Assembly: GCA_036918135.1 (NCBI GenBank)
Contig: JBALDB010000036.1
Location: forward strand, 1 to 64,000
Reading direction: 5' to 3'
DNA length: 64,000 nucleotides
Source: Nostoc sp.
GTDB taxonomy: Bacteria > Cyanobacteriota > Cyanobacteriia > Cyanobacteriales > Nostocaceae
Below, piece by piece: positions 9,536 through 20,066 of the stretch. A program made the position numbers and the translations under genes. Below the pieces are notes generated by a model. It was not told the DNA's origin. It searched no databases and worked only from the letters and a program-made list of their open reading frames with translations. Position 1 is the stretch's first letter; each line of letters starts with the position of its first letter.

Positions 9536-9820
9536 ATGTTTACTGAAAACAGCCGTTACGACGATATAGAAATTGCCAATCTGCAAACGACATCAAATCA
9601 AACTATCGTTTATCTCAGGCGTAGATTTTTACCATTATCACATAGTTTAGAAACTTTTGAAGAACATCAAGTTAGCGAGGGCGATCGCTTAGATAATATC
9701 ACTGACAATTATCTGAACGATCCGGAACTTTTCTGGCATTTATGCGATATTAACAACGCTATGCACCCTGATGAATTAACTGCTCAAATTGGTCGGCGAC
9801 TGCGTATTCCTCTCCTCTAA
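9536..9820 (+). CDS. LysM-like baseplate protein
   Basis: SRY, YLRRRFLP, GDRLDNI...YL.DPELFWHLCD.N. Confidence 0.8.
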   Translation: MFTENSRYDDIEIANLQTTSNQTIVYLRRRFLPLSHSLETFEEHQVSEGDRLDNITDNYLNDPELFWHLCDINNAMHPDELTAQIGRRLRIPLL

Positions 9821-9832
9821 AAAGGTTAACTT

Positions 9833-10987
9833 ATGCCTCAACCCGATATTCGCATAAAACTCCTGATTGGTAAGACCATACCAAGACCTGCGCCTTATGA
9901 AGTCATAGACGCACTGATAGATTTAGAAGTGACTCAGCAAGACCGCGATCGCAGTGGCTTTCAAATGACCTTTAGTCTGAGTAAAGAACTTAAAAAATTC
10001 TCAGATTATTGGTTACTCCAAAAAGGCATTTTAGATCCTCCCAACCGGATAATCATTCAGGTCATAGTTAATGTCAAAGTCGGTGTCAGGCGCAGACTGC
10101 AAAGCCCTGTATTAATTGATGGCATTATTACCGATCATCAAGTTGCACCCAGTAATCAACCAGGAGAATCAAGACTAATAGTTACTGGTGAAGATATTAG
10201 TCTAATGTTTGACCTTCAAGATAAAAATGAAACTTACCCAAACTTATCTGATTCTAAAATTGTTAAAAAAATCTTAAACCCTTATAGAATTAAATATGGG
10301 CTGACATTGGATGTCAAAAATTCTAATTATGTACCCAAAAAAGAAGAAAGAATTCCAACTCAGCAAGGTACAGACTTACAGTTTATTCAGGAGTTAGCTG
10401 TACGTAATAGTTATATTTTTGAAATCAAACCCAGTAAAATTCCTGGAAAAAATATTGCTTATTGGGGTGAGGAAAAACAGAAAATTACTCCTGTTCAACC
10501 AGCATTGTCAATGAATATGGGAGCGTTTACTAATGTAGACTCGTCTATCAGTTTTAACTTTAATGCTCTGGCAGCTATTGAACCTCAAGCATCAATTAGC
10601 AATGAAAGAACTGGGGCATCAATTCGGATTAAAGTTCCTAAATCACCCGGAAAAATTTTAGTCAAGAAAACCGCTAAATTCTTACGAAAAGAAATCCTAC
10701 GCTGCACCAACAAACTCGAAAAAATCTTAGCCCAAAACGAAACCGAATCATTTGCTAGTCGTTCCCGAGAAAATGCCGTTACTGCTACTGGGGAAGTAGA
10801 TACTGTTCGCTATGGTTATATTTTGCGAGTGCGTCAATTGGTGGGAGTGCGGGGTGTGGGAAACACTTACGGCGGTTATTACTATGTCAAACAAGTAACT
10901 CATCGCATCAAACGTGGTGAATATAAACAAAGTTTCACCTTGAAGCGTGAGGGACGAGGTGCAATAATTCGGAGGTTAAAAGTATGA
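9833..10987 (+). CDS. baseplate hub, gp27/late-control-D-like (VgrG N-terminal half)
   Basis: VTGEDIS, TDLQFIQELA.RN, GEVDTVRYG, VGVRGVG..Y.G.YYV..VTH.I. Confidence 0.8.
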   Translation: MPQPDIRIKLLIGKTIPRPAPYEVIDALIDLEVTQQDRDRSGFQMTFSLSKELKKFSDYWLLQKGILDPPNRIIIQVIVNVKVGVRRRLQSPVLIDGIITDHQVAPSNQPGESRLIVTGEDISLMFDLQDKNETYPNLSDSKIVKKILNPYRIKYGLTLDVKNSNYVPKKEERIPTQQGTDLQFIQELAVRNSYIFEIKPSKIPGKNIAYWGEEKQKITPVQPALSMNMGAFTNVDSSISFNFNALAAIEPQASISNERTGASIRIKVPKSPGKILVKKTAKFLRKEILRCTNKLEKILAQNETESFASRSRENAVTATGEVDTVRYGYILRVRQLVGVRGVGNTYGGYYYVKQVTHRIKRGEYKQSFTLKREGRGAIIRRLKV

Positions 10988-11598
10988 ATCTACCAAAAAT
11001 CGATCCTTGTGGAAGTATCGAACCACAAAAACAAAAACGTTATTTTTACGGCAAATACCGAGGCGTAGTTTTTGACAATAACGACCCTTGGCAACTTGGA
11101 CGCGTGCAGGCAAAAGTGGAAGAAGTTTTTGGCAAAGATCCTAGCGGTTGGGCATTGCCTTGCGTTCCTTATGCAGGTAAAGGAGTTGGGTTATTCCTGA
11201 TTCCACCCAAAGGTGCTTTAGTGTGGGTTGAATTTGAAAACGGAGATTCAGATTACCCAATTTGGAGTGGCTGTTTTTGGGCAGATGAAAAAGTTAGAAA
11301 TGTAGTACCAGCTAATCCTTATGACCCGGATATCAAGATACTTAAAACCGATATCGGCAAGATTGAAATTAACGATAATTTACGTAAGCAAAGCATCACC
11401 ATTGAAGCCAAAATTGGTAGACAAACTATGAATATAGTCATGGATAGTTCGGGAATTGAAATAAAATATGGAAATATCAGGGGTGCGTTTGTGAAACTGA
11501 ATGATTTGGGGATTGAAATCAATAATGGAAAAAATGCGACTGTAGAACTGAATGCTAATAAGGTATCAATTAACAAATTTGATTTGGAGGTGATTTGA
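10984..11598 (+). CDS. baseplate assembly protein V / gp5 OB-fold spike
   Basis: FYGKYRGVV.DN.DP..LGRV, WALPCVPY, VWVEFENGD..YPIWSGCFW; C-terminal beta repeats. Confidence 0.88.
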   Translation: MNLPKIDPCGSIEPQKQKRYFYGKYRGVVFDNNDPWQLGRVQAKVEEVFGKDPSGWALPCVPYAGKGVGLFLIPPKGALVWVEFENGDSDYPIWSGCFWADEKVRNVVPANPYDPDIKILKTDIGKIEINDNLRKQSITIEAKIGRQTMNIVMDSSGIEIKYGNIRGAFVKLNDLGIEINNGKNATVELNANKVSINKFDLEVI

Positions 11599-12002
11599 TG
11601 CCAGAATATCTCCTAAATTTGCCCAGGCAGAATAATGCTATCAATATTGAGTTTCCCTTTCAATTTGATAGATACTATCGCACCGCCAGCACCAGCAATG
11701 AAAATAGCCACATCCGCGACTTAATCGAACAATTACTATTTACAACTCCCGGCGAACGAGTCAACCGCCCAGATTTTGGTTGTGGTGTATTGTCTTTGAT
11801 TTTTGCACCCAATAGCCCGGAACTAGTAACAACTATGGAAATTACGATTCAAGCATCTATTGAGCAATGGTTGGGCGATTTAATCGACCTGCAAACTTTG
11901 GAAGTAACAAACGTTGATTCCAGTCTTTACATAATGGTGGAATATTTGGTGCAAAGTTCTGGTGAGGTACAAACAGCTACTTATAGGACGACAGTGCCAT
12001 GA
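11598..12002 (+). CDS. GPW/gp25 baseplate protein
   Basis: HIRDLIEQLLFTTPGERVNRPDFGCG. Confidence 0.9.
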   Translation: MPEYLLNLPRQNNAINIEFPFQFDRYYRTASTSNENSHIRDLIEQLLFTTPGERVNRPDFGCGVLSLIFAPNSPELVTTMEITIQASIEQWLGDLIDLQTLEVTNVDSSLYIMVEYLVQSSGEVQTATYRTTVP

Positions 12003-14539
12003 ACAGCCACACCTTTACTTTTCAAAATGAACAGCGCCGCCAAGAAATCCGCAGGCAAAGAAAAAACGGGCTAGATTATATAGAAGTTAGCGATGATTTG
12101 CGATCGCGTAGCGGCTCCTTCGGAGTATCGCTATACGTTTACTTTTTAGGTTCAGTACCACAAGGACTGAAAAAAGAGAATCTTCTAATTGAAGGCGGTC
12201 AGCGCATCCGCAATCTTTGTGTGACTAGTTTACAGGTAGAAAGTCCCCAAAATTGTGAGAGTTATTTAAGCGTTAATATTGACCAACCAGGCGATTTTTC
12301 TGTCTATACTTTGCGCTTGGTGTCATTGGATGAAAACGGCAAACTCACAAACCAACCATATCCCAATTTTGACCCGCGCTACTCCCAAGTACAATTTAAA
12401 TTCCGAGATGGTATTTGTAATACTGACATGGATTGCTTGCAACAGCAAGCACCTCCGCCACCGCAACTAACCGAACCAGCTGTCAATTATTTAGCCAAAG
12501 ATTATGCAAGTTTTCGCCAGTTAATTTTAGAGCGCCTCTCCCTCGTGATGCCTGATTGGGAAGAACGTCACGTTCCCGATTTAAATATTACTTTAGTGGA
12601 AGTCCTCGCTTATGTTGGCGATTATCTCAGCTATTATCAGGACGCTGTAGCCACTGAAGCTTATCTAGAAACTGCCCGCCAACGGATTTCTGTTCGCCGT
12701 CATGCCCGTTTAATCGATTATCCCATGCATGACGGCTGTAATGCACGTACTTGGTTGTGGCTGGAGACAAGTGATGATATTTCCCTGGAAACAAAAAATT
12801 TCTACTTTATTACTAGTTATAAAAACGCGCCTTCCTTTGGCACTATCCTAGAAGATAGTCTTCACCTAAGTCATATTCCTCCTAGCAGTTATGAAGTCTT
12901 TGAACCGCTAACGCCACTACCGATTCATCTCTACAAGGCTCACAATCAGATATTATTCTATACTTGGGGCGATGCCTCCTGCTGTCTTCCTCCTGGTTCC
13001 ACAACCGCTACATTAGTGGATGAATTTATCCCCACACAACCAGAGAAGGCTAATTCCTCTGTGCGAAAATTGCACCTGAAAATTGGTGACATCCTGATTT
13101 TTGAACAAATTAGAAATCCGAAAACAGGCATCCCAGAAGATGCAGATATGAACTATCGTCATGCAGTCCGACTGACAAATGTCAAGGCGAGTGTAGACGA
13201 ACTTTACAATCAACCGATTGTGGAAATCGAATGGTCGCAAGAGGATGCATTGCCTTTTCCTCTTTGTATTTCCGCAACAGTACCACCAGATTGTCAGTTA
13301 GCTGATATTAGCGTTGCTAGAGGTAATGCGATTTTAGTCGATCACGGACGTACTATTATTGAACCGGAAGATTTGGGGACTGTACCGGGGAAAGAGATAA
13401 TCCAAGGATGCCAAGAAGAAGGCCAACCTATAGAAATTTTAGTAGTAGGCGATCGCTTCCGTCCGATCTTGCAAAAAACGCCTTTAACTTTCAGCCAACC
13501 TCTGCCTAAAAATCATCTCAAAGATGCTAAGAGTTTGCTGATTCAAGACCCCCATCAAGCATTACCCCAAATCCAACTTACGAGTAATGGAAATAACTCT
13601 ACTTGGACTCCCAAGTACGATCTGATAGACAGCAACAGCGAAGACCAACATTTTGTTGTGGAAATGGACAACGATGGACAAGCACACTTACGCTTTGGAG
13701 ACGGTGAATTAGGAATTAAACCAGCAGCTAATACTGATTTCCAAGCAATTTACCGAGTAGGTAACGGAATCGTTGGCAATATTACTGCCGAAGCGATTTC
13801 TTATATTGTTTTTCACAATCAACTAATTACTGGTTCGACATTGCAGCCACATCAACCGTTCCCAGCTAAAGGTGGGACAGCACCGGAACCTATAGCTCAA
13901 GTGAAATTATATGCACCGCACCTATCTCATGAAAAATTAGAACGTGCCATTACTGCTGATGACTACGCACAATTGGTAGTGCAACATTTCCCGACAAAAG
14001 TGCAACGAGCCGCCGCCGCCTTACGCTGGACAGGTAGTCGATATGAAGTTTGGGTGACAGTAGATCCCTTCGACAAAGATGCAGCAGATGAAAAATTACT
14101 CCGAAATATTGCCACAGACCTCAAAAAATATCGTCGCATTGGTCATGATGTCATCGTTCAATGGGCAGTCTACGTTTATTTAGATATCGCCATCAAGGTT
14201 GATGTCAAATTTGACTATTTACGCGGTCATGTTAAAGCTGCTTTGCTGGATATTTTCAGTAACCGCATTTTATCTGATGGTCGGTATGGTTTTTTCCACC
14301 CCGATCGCTTGACTTTTGGCCAAGGAGTTGCTTTGAGTCAGATTGTCGCTAAAGCTGCTACTATTCCAGGCGTTGAAAGTGTCTCTGTAAATAAGTTAGA
14401 ACGGGTTTTTGAAGGTTCCAACCGCGAGATTGAAGCAGGTTTTTTACCTATTGGTGCTTCGGAAATTGCCAGACTCGATAGCAACCCCAACTTTCCCGAA
14501 AACGGTAAATTCACAATCGATTTGCGAGGTGGAAGATGA
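11999..14539 (+). CDS. baseplate J-like wedge protein 1
   Basis: NYLAKDYASFRQLIL, YYQDAVATEAYLETARQR.SVRRHARL, LRFGDG..G, RAITADDY. Confidence 0.85.
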   Translation: MNSHTFTFQNEQRRQEIRRQRKNGLDYIEVSDDLRSRSGSFGVSLYVYFLGSVPQGLKKENLLIEGGQRIRNLCVTSLQVESPQNCESYLSVNIDQPGDFSVYTLRLVSLDENGKLTNQPYPNFDPRYSQVQFKFRDGICNTDMDCLQQQAPPPPQLTEPAVNYLAKDYASFRQLILERLSLVMPDWEERHVPDLNITLVEVLAYVGDYLSYYQDAVATEAYLETARQRISVRRHARLIDYPMHDGCNARTWLWLETSDDISLETKNFYFITSYKNAPSFGTILEDSLHLSHIPPSSYEVFEPLTPLPIHLYKAHNQILFYTWGDASCCLPPGSTTATLVDEFIPTQPEKANSSVRKLHLKIGDILIFEQIRNPKTGIPEDADMNYRHAVRLTNVKASVDELYNQPIVEIEWSQEDALPFPLCISATVPPDCQLADISVARGNAILVDHGRTIIEPEDLGTVPGKEIIQGCQEEGQPIEILVVGDRFRPILQKTPLTFSQPLPKNHLKDAKSLLIQDPHQALPQIQLTSNGNNSTWTPKYDLIDSNSEDQHFVVEMDNDGQAHLRFGDGELGIKPAANTDFQAIYRVGNGIVGNITAEAISYIVFHNQLITGSTLQPHQPFPAKGGTAPEPIAQVKLYAPHLSHEKLERAITADDYAQLVVQHFPTKVQRAAAALRWTGSRYEVWVTVDPFDKDAADEKLLRNIATDLKKYRRIGHDVIVQWAVYVYLDIAIKVDVKFDYLRGHVKAALLDIFSNRILSDGRYGFFHPDRLTFGQGVALSQIVAKAATIPGVESVSVNKLERVFEGSNREIEAGFLPIGASEIARLDSNPNFPENGKFTIDLRGGR
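12100..12131. repeat. 24-nt small dispersed repeat inserted in frame at a HIP1 site
   Basis: GCGATCGC followed by GTAGCGGCTCCTTCGGAGTATCGC, adding RSGSFGVS. Confidence 0.65.
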
Positions 14540-14546
14540 AAGCAAT

Positions 14547-14581
14547 TTGCAATTCGCAATTCATAATTCGTAATTCGTAAT
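14547..14581. repeat. STRR-type heptamer repeat (AATTCGY)
   Basis: caattcgcaattcataattcgtaattcgtaat between the two baseplate genes. Confidence 0.7.
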
Positions 14582-17510
14582 GAAATTAATTGGGAATAAA
14601 GAGATGAAATTAAGTTGTAGCTGTAATTGTCACTCTAATTATAAATCAAGCGATCGCTCCAGTTGTGGTTGTTGCGAAGGTGTAGAAATTCTCACTCCCA
14701 AATCGGTCGCTAATCAACCTGGTTTGTATTCCCTCACTTATCGAGTTGGAACCCATGCAAGCTTTTACCAGACAATGAAAGCGCGTTTGGGTGACAGTCA
14801 GTTTTCTCAGCTAAGAAATCTCAAAACACGCGATTCTTACGACCCTTCTATTGCTTTGTTAGATGCTTGGGCTACTGTAGCAGACGTTCTGACATTTTAT
14901 CAGGAACGTATAGCTAATGAAGGTTACTTACGCACTGCTATTGAGCGACGTTCTTTAGTAGAATTGTCTCGATTAGTAGATTATGCACATAGTCCTGGTG
15001 TTGGCGCCAGCGTTTATTTAGCTTTTACCGTTGAAGATGGTTACGATGTAAAAATTCCTCTTGGTTTGAGTTGCCAAAGTATACCTAATTCTGATGAATC
15101 ACCAGAATTTTTTGAAACATCAGAAAAACTGCGAGCTTATCCTCAGTTGAATAGGCTCAAGCCTCGGCTGAACCAACAGCAGGAAGTTAATTCCAAAGCC
15201 GCTACGCAAATTGACAAGCTTTATTTAGAAGGTATGGGTGGGAATCTCAAACTTAACGATCCCCTTTTACTAATCTTTGGTGATGCTGAAACCGAGCAAA
15301 TCATTCGCAGAGTTCAAATTATTCAGCCTCAACCAGAAGAAAACCGGACAAAAATTACCTTACAACTACCACCAGAAGCTAGACAACAACCAACTGGTGA
15401 GGTTGCCTCAGCAACTACAAAAGCACAAAAAATCAAACAATTAATCAAACTGCCATCAATACAACCTGCAAATGCTCTAGAACTAGAACGGTCAAAAGAA
15501 CAAATTTTTGCTCCAGAACAAATTGATATAAATTCCCGATTAATTAATCATACTTTAAATCCTGCTTCTACCAGAGCAATATATCAAATTTTAACTAGCA
15601 ATCGCCCTAATTCTACTAATCAGTTAAACCGACTTGAGGTTTTAGGAATCAAAGCCGCACCTTTCGGACATGACGTACAGTTAAAGCCGATTTTAGACGA
15701 GCAAGGACGAATTGAAAAATATGAAGAATGGCAAATTGCCGATGTAAATGAAACAACATCAAATTCCTCTAATACGCTACCAGAGGAATTACGAAATATC
15801 CTAGCTTTAGATGGTCAATATGATGAAATTACACCTGGGAGTCGGCTAGCAATTGAACGTGTAGATGTTAATGAAATTGGGATTTATCAAGTTATAAAAG
15901 TGGAAAACCTGACTAAAATTGCTTATGACACAGTAGGAAGAATTACACAATTGACTTTAGATAAACCTTGGTTAAAAGAACAAGATACATCTTTAGAAGT
16001 GATGCGTAAAACTACAGTGCATCTCAAAAGTGGGAATTTGAATTTGGTGGAAAAACCAATTGATTTGAATGATGCACCAAGTACAGAACATCAGATATCC
16101 GACCAGATGGAAATTGAATTAGACAATCTCTATGAAGGTCTACACCCTGGACGCTGGTTAATTATCTCTGGCGAACGCAGTGATATATCTGGTGTAAATG
16201 GTGTGTGGAAGAGCGAAGTTGTCATGTTAGCCGGGGTGAGACAGGATATCAATCAAAATTTGCTCAATGACAAACCGCATACATTCCTCAGATTTGCCAG
16301 ACCTTTAGCTTACGCTTACAAGCGAGAGACTGTTACTATTTATGGCAACGTAGTTAAAGCCACTCATGGCGAGACTCATACCGAAAGACTCGGCAGTGGT
16401 GACGCTACTAAAGCAAATCAACAATTTACCTTATCACAAGCGCCCCTTACCTATCTGCCAGCACCTAATCCTAGCGGCGTTGTTAGCAGTTTGGAAGTAT
16501 ATGTTAACGATGTCCGTTGGCAAGAAGTAGAAAGTTTAATTGAGTTAAGTCCCACAGACCAGGCTTATATCACCCAAACTGATAGTGATGGCAACACAAC
16601 TATTATCTTTGGCAACGGCGAATATGGAGCTAGGCTGCCTAGTGGGGTTGAAAATGTCACAGCAGTTTACCGCACTGGTATTGGCAAAACTGGTAACGTT
16701 GCAGCAGAAAAAATCACGCAATTGGCAATGCAACCTCTAGGTTTGAGTGGCGTACTCAACCCAATAGCAGCAACAGGAGGTGCAGACCCAGAAAGCGATT
16801 ATGAAATTTGTCGCAATGCACCTATTGGGATAATATCTCTCAAGCGCGCAGTTTCCGTACAGGACTATGCGAATTTTGCTCGTACTTTTACCGGAATTGG
16901 CAAAGCAAATGCTCAACGTCTTTCCAATGGTTCGCGTGAAATTATCCACATTACCATCGCTGGGGCTGATGATATCCCTATTGATAGAAATTCAGATTTA
17001 TACCGCAGCTTTGTGCAAGCATTATACCAATTTGGCGACCCCTATCAAGCACTAAAAGTTGATATGCGGGAACTCATGCTGTTAATTATTAGTGCCAAGG
17101 TACGAATTTTAGCAAATTATCAATGGACATCTGTAGCCCCAAAAATTCGGACTGCTTTGTTCGAGAAATTTAGCTTTGCACGTCAGGAATTAGGACAAGA
17201 TGTTGTCTTAAGTGGAGTTATTAGCACGATTCAAGAAGTACCAGGAGTAGACTATATAGATGTAGATATTTTAGATAGCGTTTCCGAAACTGAAGTCCAA
17301 AATCCAGACATTTTAAATCAAAAACTTCAACAATTAGCAAAACTAGGTATGAGTAGTGGAGATGGTCAACTACCAGTACAACCAAAACAAGGAATTCCTG
17401 TAAACTTGGCTGTTTTTGATTCTACAACAAACCAACTTTTTCCAGCTCAATTAGCTATTCTCAGTCCCCAAGTGCCAGACACACTCATTCTGAAGAATTT
17501 GAAATCATGA
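14580..17510 (+). CDS. baseplate J-like wedge protein 2 (start may be 14604)
   Basis: CGCCEG, YRVGTH..F, DVLTFYQERIANEGYLRTA, GNVV.ATHGET, FGNGEYGARLPSG, RAVSVQDY. Confidence 0.85.
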   Translation: MKLIGNKEMKLSCSCNCHSNYKSSDRSSCGCCEGVEILTPKSVANQPGLYSLTYRVGTHASFYQTMKARLGDSQFSQLRNLKTRDSYDPSIALLDAWATVADVLTFYQERIANEGYLRTAIERRSLVELSRLVDYAHSPGVGASVYLAFTVEDGYDVKIPLGLSCQSIPNSDESPEFFETSEKLRAYPQLNRLKPRLNQQQEVNSKAATQIDKLYLEGMGGNLKLNDPLLLIFGDAETEQIIRRVQIIQPQPEENRTKITLQLPPEARQQPTGEVASATTKAQKIKQLIKLPSIQPANALELERSKEQIFAPEQIDINSRLINHTLNPASTRAIYQILTSNRPNSTNQLNRLEVLGIKAAPFGHDVQLKPILDEQGRIEKYEEWQIADVNETTSNSSNTLPEELRNILALDGQYDEITPGSRLAIERVDVNEIGIYQVIKVENLTKIAYDTVGRITQLTLDKPWLKEQDTSLEVMRKTTVHLKSGNLNLVEKPIDLNDAPSTEHQISDQMEIELDNLYEGLHPGRWLIISGERSDISGVNGVWKSEVVMLAGVRQDINQNLLNDKPHTFLRFARPLAYAYKRETVTIYGNVVKATHGETHTERLGSGDATKANQQFTLSQAPLTYLPAPNPSGVVSSLEVYVNDVRWQEVESLIELSPTDQAYITQTDSDGNTTIIFGNGEYGARLPSGVENVTAVYRTGIGKTGNVAAEKITQLAMQPLGLSGVLNPIAATGGADPESDYEICRNAPIGIISLKRAVSVQDYANFARTFTGIGKANAQRLSNGSREIIHITIAGADDIPIDRNSDLYRSFVQALYQFGDPYQALKVDMRELMLLIISAKVRILANYQWTSVAPKIRTALFEKFSFARQELGQDVVLSGVISTIQEVPGVDYIDVDILDSVSETEVQNPDILNQKLQQLAKLGMSSGDGQLPVQPKQGIPVNLAVFDSTTNQLFPAQLAILSPQVPDTLILKNLKS

Positions 17511-20056
17511 GCAATTCCCTAGACCGCCTTTATGAACTGTTGCCAGCTGTTTACCGCATCCGCGATGCAGAACTTGGCTATCCGCTACAGGATTTATTAC
17601 GTGTCATTGCCGAACAAGTAAATATTATTGAAGCCGATATTACTCAACTTTACGAAAATTGGTTCATTGAAACTTGCCAAGATTGGGTAGTACCATACAT
17701 TGGCGATTTAATTGGTTATCAAAATATTCGCAGTTATGGTACAAATGCGATCGCCGATGAAAAAGGCAATAAGATTTTAATTCCCCGTCGTGAAGTTGCC
17801 AATACTATTCGCTACCGACGGCGTAAGGGAACGCTGGCTTTGTTGGAATTGCTGGCTGATAAAGTAGCTGGCTGGCCGGCACGAGTTGTAGAATTTCATC
17901 AGCTAGTTAGCAAAACACAACATATCAATCACCTGCATTCGTCAAGCTCAACAACAGTAAATCTACATCACGTCGATAAAATTACCAAGTTAAATAACCC
18001 ATTCGATGAATTAGCTCATACAGTAGATATTCGCCAGATTGGTTCGCTGTATCAACCTGGAAAGCACAACACTCCGAATGTTGGTATTTTTGTTTGGCGA
18101 TTAAAACCTTATTCCATGACTCTCACACCAGCTTTTTGTTTAGAAGAAGTTAGCTCTAACTGCTACACCTTTAGTATTACGGGTAACGACACTCCGCTTT
18201 ACACTCGTCCCCAACTAACAGAAGATGAAACTAAAGTTGCTCGTGAATTAAACTTACCTATTCCCATTCAACGACAAGCTTTGCAATCTCACAAAAGCGA
18301 TTATTTTGACTCAAACCCAAATCCCGAACAATTTAGCAAAAGTTTGCAAGTTTGGAAAGGTGTTGGTTCAAAATTACGACTAGTTTCTCCAGAACAAATT
18401 ATTATTGCGGATTTGAGCGATTGGAATTATCAACCAGAGCAAGATTATATAGCGGTTGACCCAGAATTAGGGCGGATGATTTTTCCCATCCGCCAGTTAC
18501 CAAAAAACGGCGTTTGGGTTTCTTATCATTATGGTTTTAGTGCTGATATTGGTGGCGGCGAATATGACCGAACTTTATTAGATTCTGCGGCGCATTTTTT
18601 ACTTGATGTTGGTGATATTGAAGAGCCAGCTGCTTTTATCTCGCAACAAGATGCTTTTGCATTATCCGATTTTTTGCGATCGCAACTTTCTAGTGATACC
18701 CAAAGGCTTTTGGATGCATACATTAACCTTCCTGCCGAACCAGCTTTAATTACAGCTTTACTTAGAGAGTTAAATCAACTACTTATGGATGAAAGCCTCT
18801 ACAACGAACAACGTTTTGCAGCTATCACCTTGAGTACGGAAACTCAAAGATTGGTTCAGCAAAATCTCTACGGTAAAGAATTGATTCGCTGCAATCGTTT
18901 GCTATTAGAAGAAGCTTTTCCCTCGCAAATCAGAAAGCATTATGTTTATTACAGCGTCAGTCAAACCTCACAAGCAGATTATCAAACTATTACCGAGGCA
19001 ATTTCACAATGGCAGCGAGACAAACCCCATCATGCTGTAATTGAAATTATCGACAGTGGGGTTTATGTAGAACGCATTAATATTGAACTAGAGAACAACC
19101 AAAGTCTGCAATTACGTGCAGCTAACCGCAAGCGTCCGGTAATTCGCATTTTAGATTGGCGAACTTCTTTAGGTGATGCTTTAAATGTCACAGTAGAGTC
19201 AGGAAGTTGTTTTGTTCTTGATGGTTTATTAATTACAGGAAGAGGAGTGCATATAGAAGGTAATCCCAGTCAATTTACAGATTATCTTACCTCTGGCGTG
19301 CAAAAACCAACTGCGATTATTATCCGTCATTCTACATTAGTGCCGGGTTGGTCATTACATTGTGACTGCGAACCTCGACGTTCTAGCGAACCAAGTTTGG
19401 AGTTATTTAATATTAATGGGTGTGTAACGCTCGCACACAGTATTGTTGGCTCGATTCAGATTAACCAAGATGAGGTAGAGGCCGACCCTTTGCCGATACA
19501 TATTAGCGATAGCATTATAGATGCTACCAGTATAGAAGGTGAAGCGATCGGTGCAGTGGGTTACTCCATAGCCCATGCGCGGTTGACTATTGCACGTTGT
19601 ACAGTCATTGGTCAGATTCAAGTCCATGCAATTGATTTAGCAGAAAACAGTATTTTTAAAGGCATAATATTCGTTGCTCGCCGTCAACAAGGTTGTATCC
19701 GTTTCTGCTACGTGATGCCAAACTCACGCACACCACGCCGATATAATTGTCAACCGGATTTAGTCGAGCAGATGATTAGACAAAAAACTGAACTACAGCC
19801 AGAACAGATAGAGGCGGAACAAATTATTGCTAGAGATAGCGTCCAACCTCAATTCAATAGTACGCGCTATGGCACACCTACCTACTGTCAGTTAGCCTCA
19901 ACCTGTGCTGAGGAAATCAAACGTGGTGCTGATGATGAATCAGAAATGGGTGCTTTTCACAATCTATATCAGCCTCAAAAAGAGGCCAATCTACGCATCC
20001 GTTTAGAGGAATATATACCCGCTAATACTGAAATTGGCATTATTTACGCTAGTTAA
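17507..20056 (+). CDS. tail-protein-I-like / Afp12-like baseplate protein
   Basis: RLYELLPAVYRIRD, WFIETCQDWVVPYIGDL, RRKGT, VDPELGR, GADDESEMGAF. Confidence 0.78.
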   Translation: MSNSLDRLYELLPAVYRIRDAELGYPLQDLLRVIAEQVNIIEADITQLYENWFIETCQDWVVPYIGDLIGYQNIRSYGTNAIADEKGNKILIPRREVANTIRYRRRKGTLALLELLADKVAGWPARVVEFHQLVSKTQHINHLHSSSSTTVNLHHVDKITKLNNPFDELAHTVDIRQIGSLYQPGKHNTPNVGIFVWRLKPYSMTLTPAFCLEEVSSNCYTFSITGNDTPLYTRPQLTEDETKVARELNLPIPIQRQALQSHKSDYFDSNPNPEQFSKSLQVWKGVGSKLRLVSPEQIIIADLSDWNYQPEQDYIAVDPELGRMIFPIRQLPKNGVWVSYHYGFSADIGGGEYDRTLLDSAAHFLLDVGDIEEPAAFISQQDAFALSDFLRSQLSSDTQRLLDAYINLPAEPALITALLRELNQLLMDESLYNEQRFAAITLSTETQRLVQQNLYGKELIRCNRLLLEEAFPSQIRKHYVYYSVSQTSQADYQTITEAISQWQRDKPHHAVIEIIDSGVYVERINIELENNQSLQLRAANRKRPVIRILDWRTSLGDALNVTVESGSCFVLDGLLITGRGVHIEGNPSQFTDYLTSGVQKPTAIIIRHSTLVPGWSLHCDCEPRRSSEPSLELFNINGCVTLAHSIVGSIQINQDEVEADPLPIHISDSIIDATSIEGEAIGAVGYSIAHARLTIARCTVIGQIQVHAIDLAENSIFKGIIFVARRQQGCIRFCYVMPNSRTPRRYNCQPDLVEQMIRQKTELQPEQIEAEQIIARDSVQPQFNSTRYGTPTYCQLASTCAEEIKRGADDESEMGAFHNLYQPQKEANLRIRLEEYIPANTEIGIIYAS

Positions 20057-20066
20057 CGAGGTTGTT

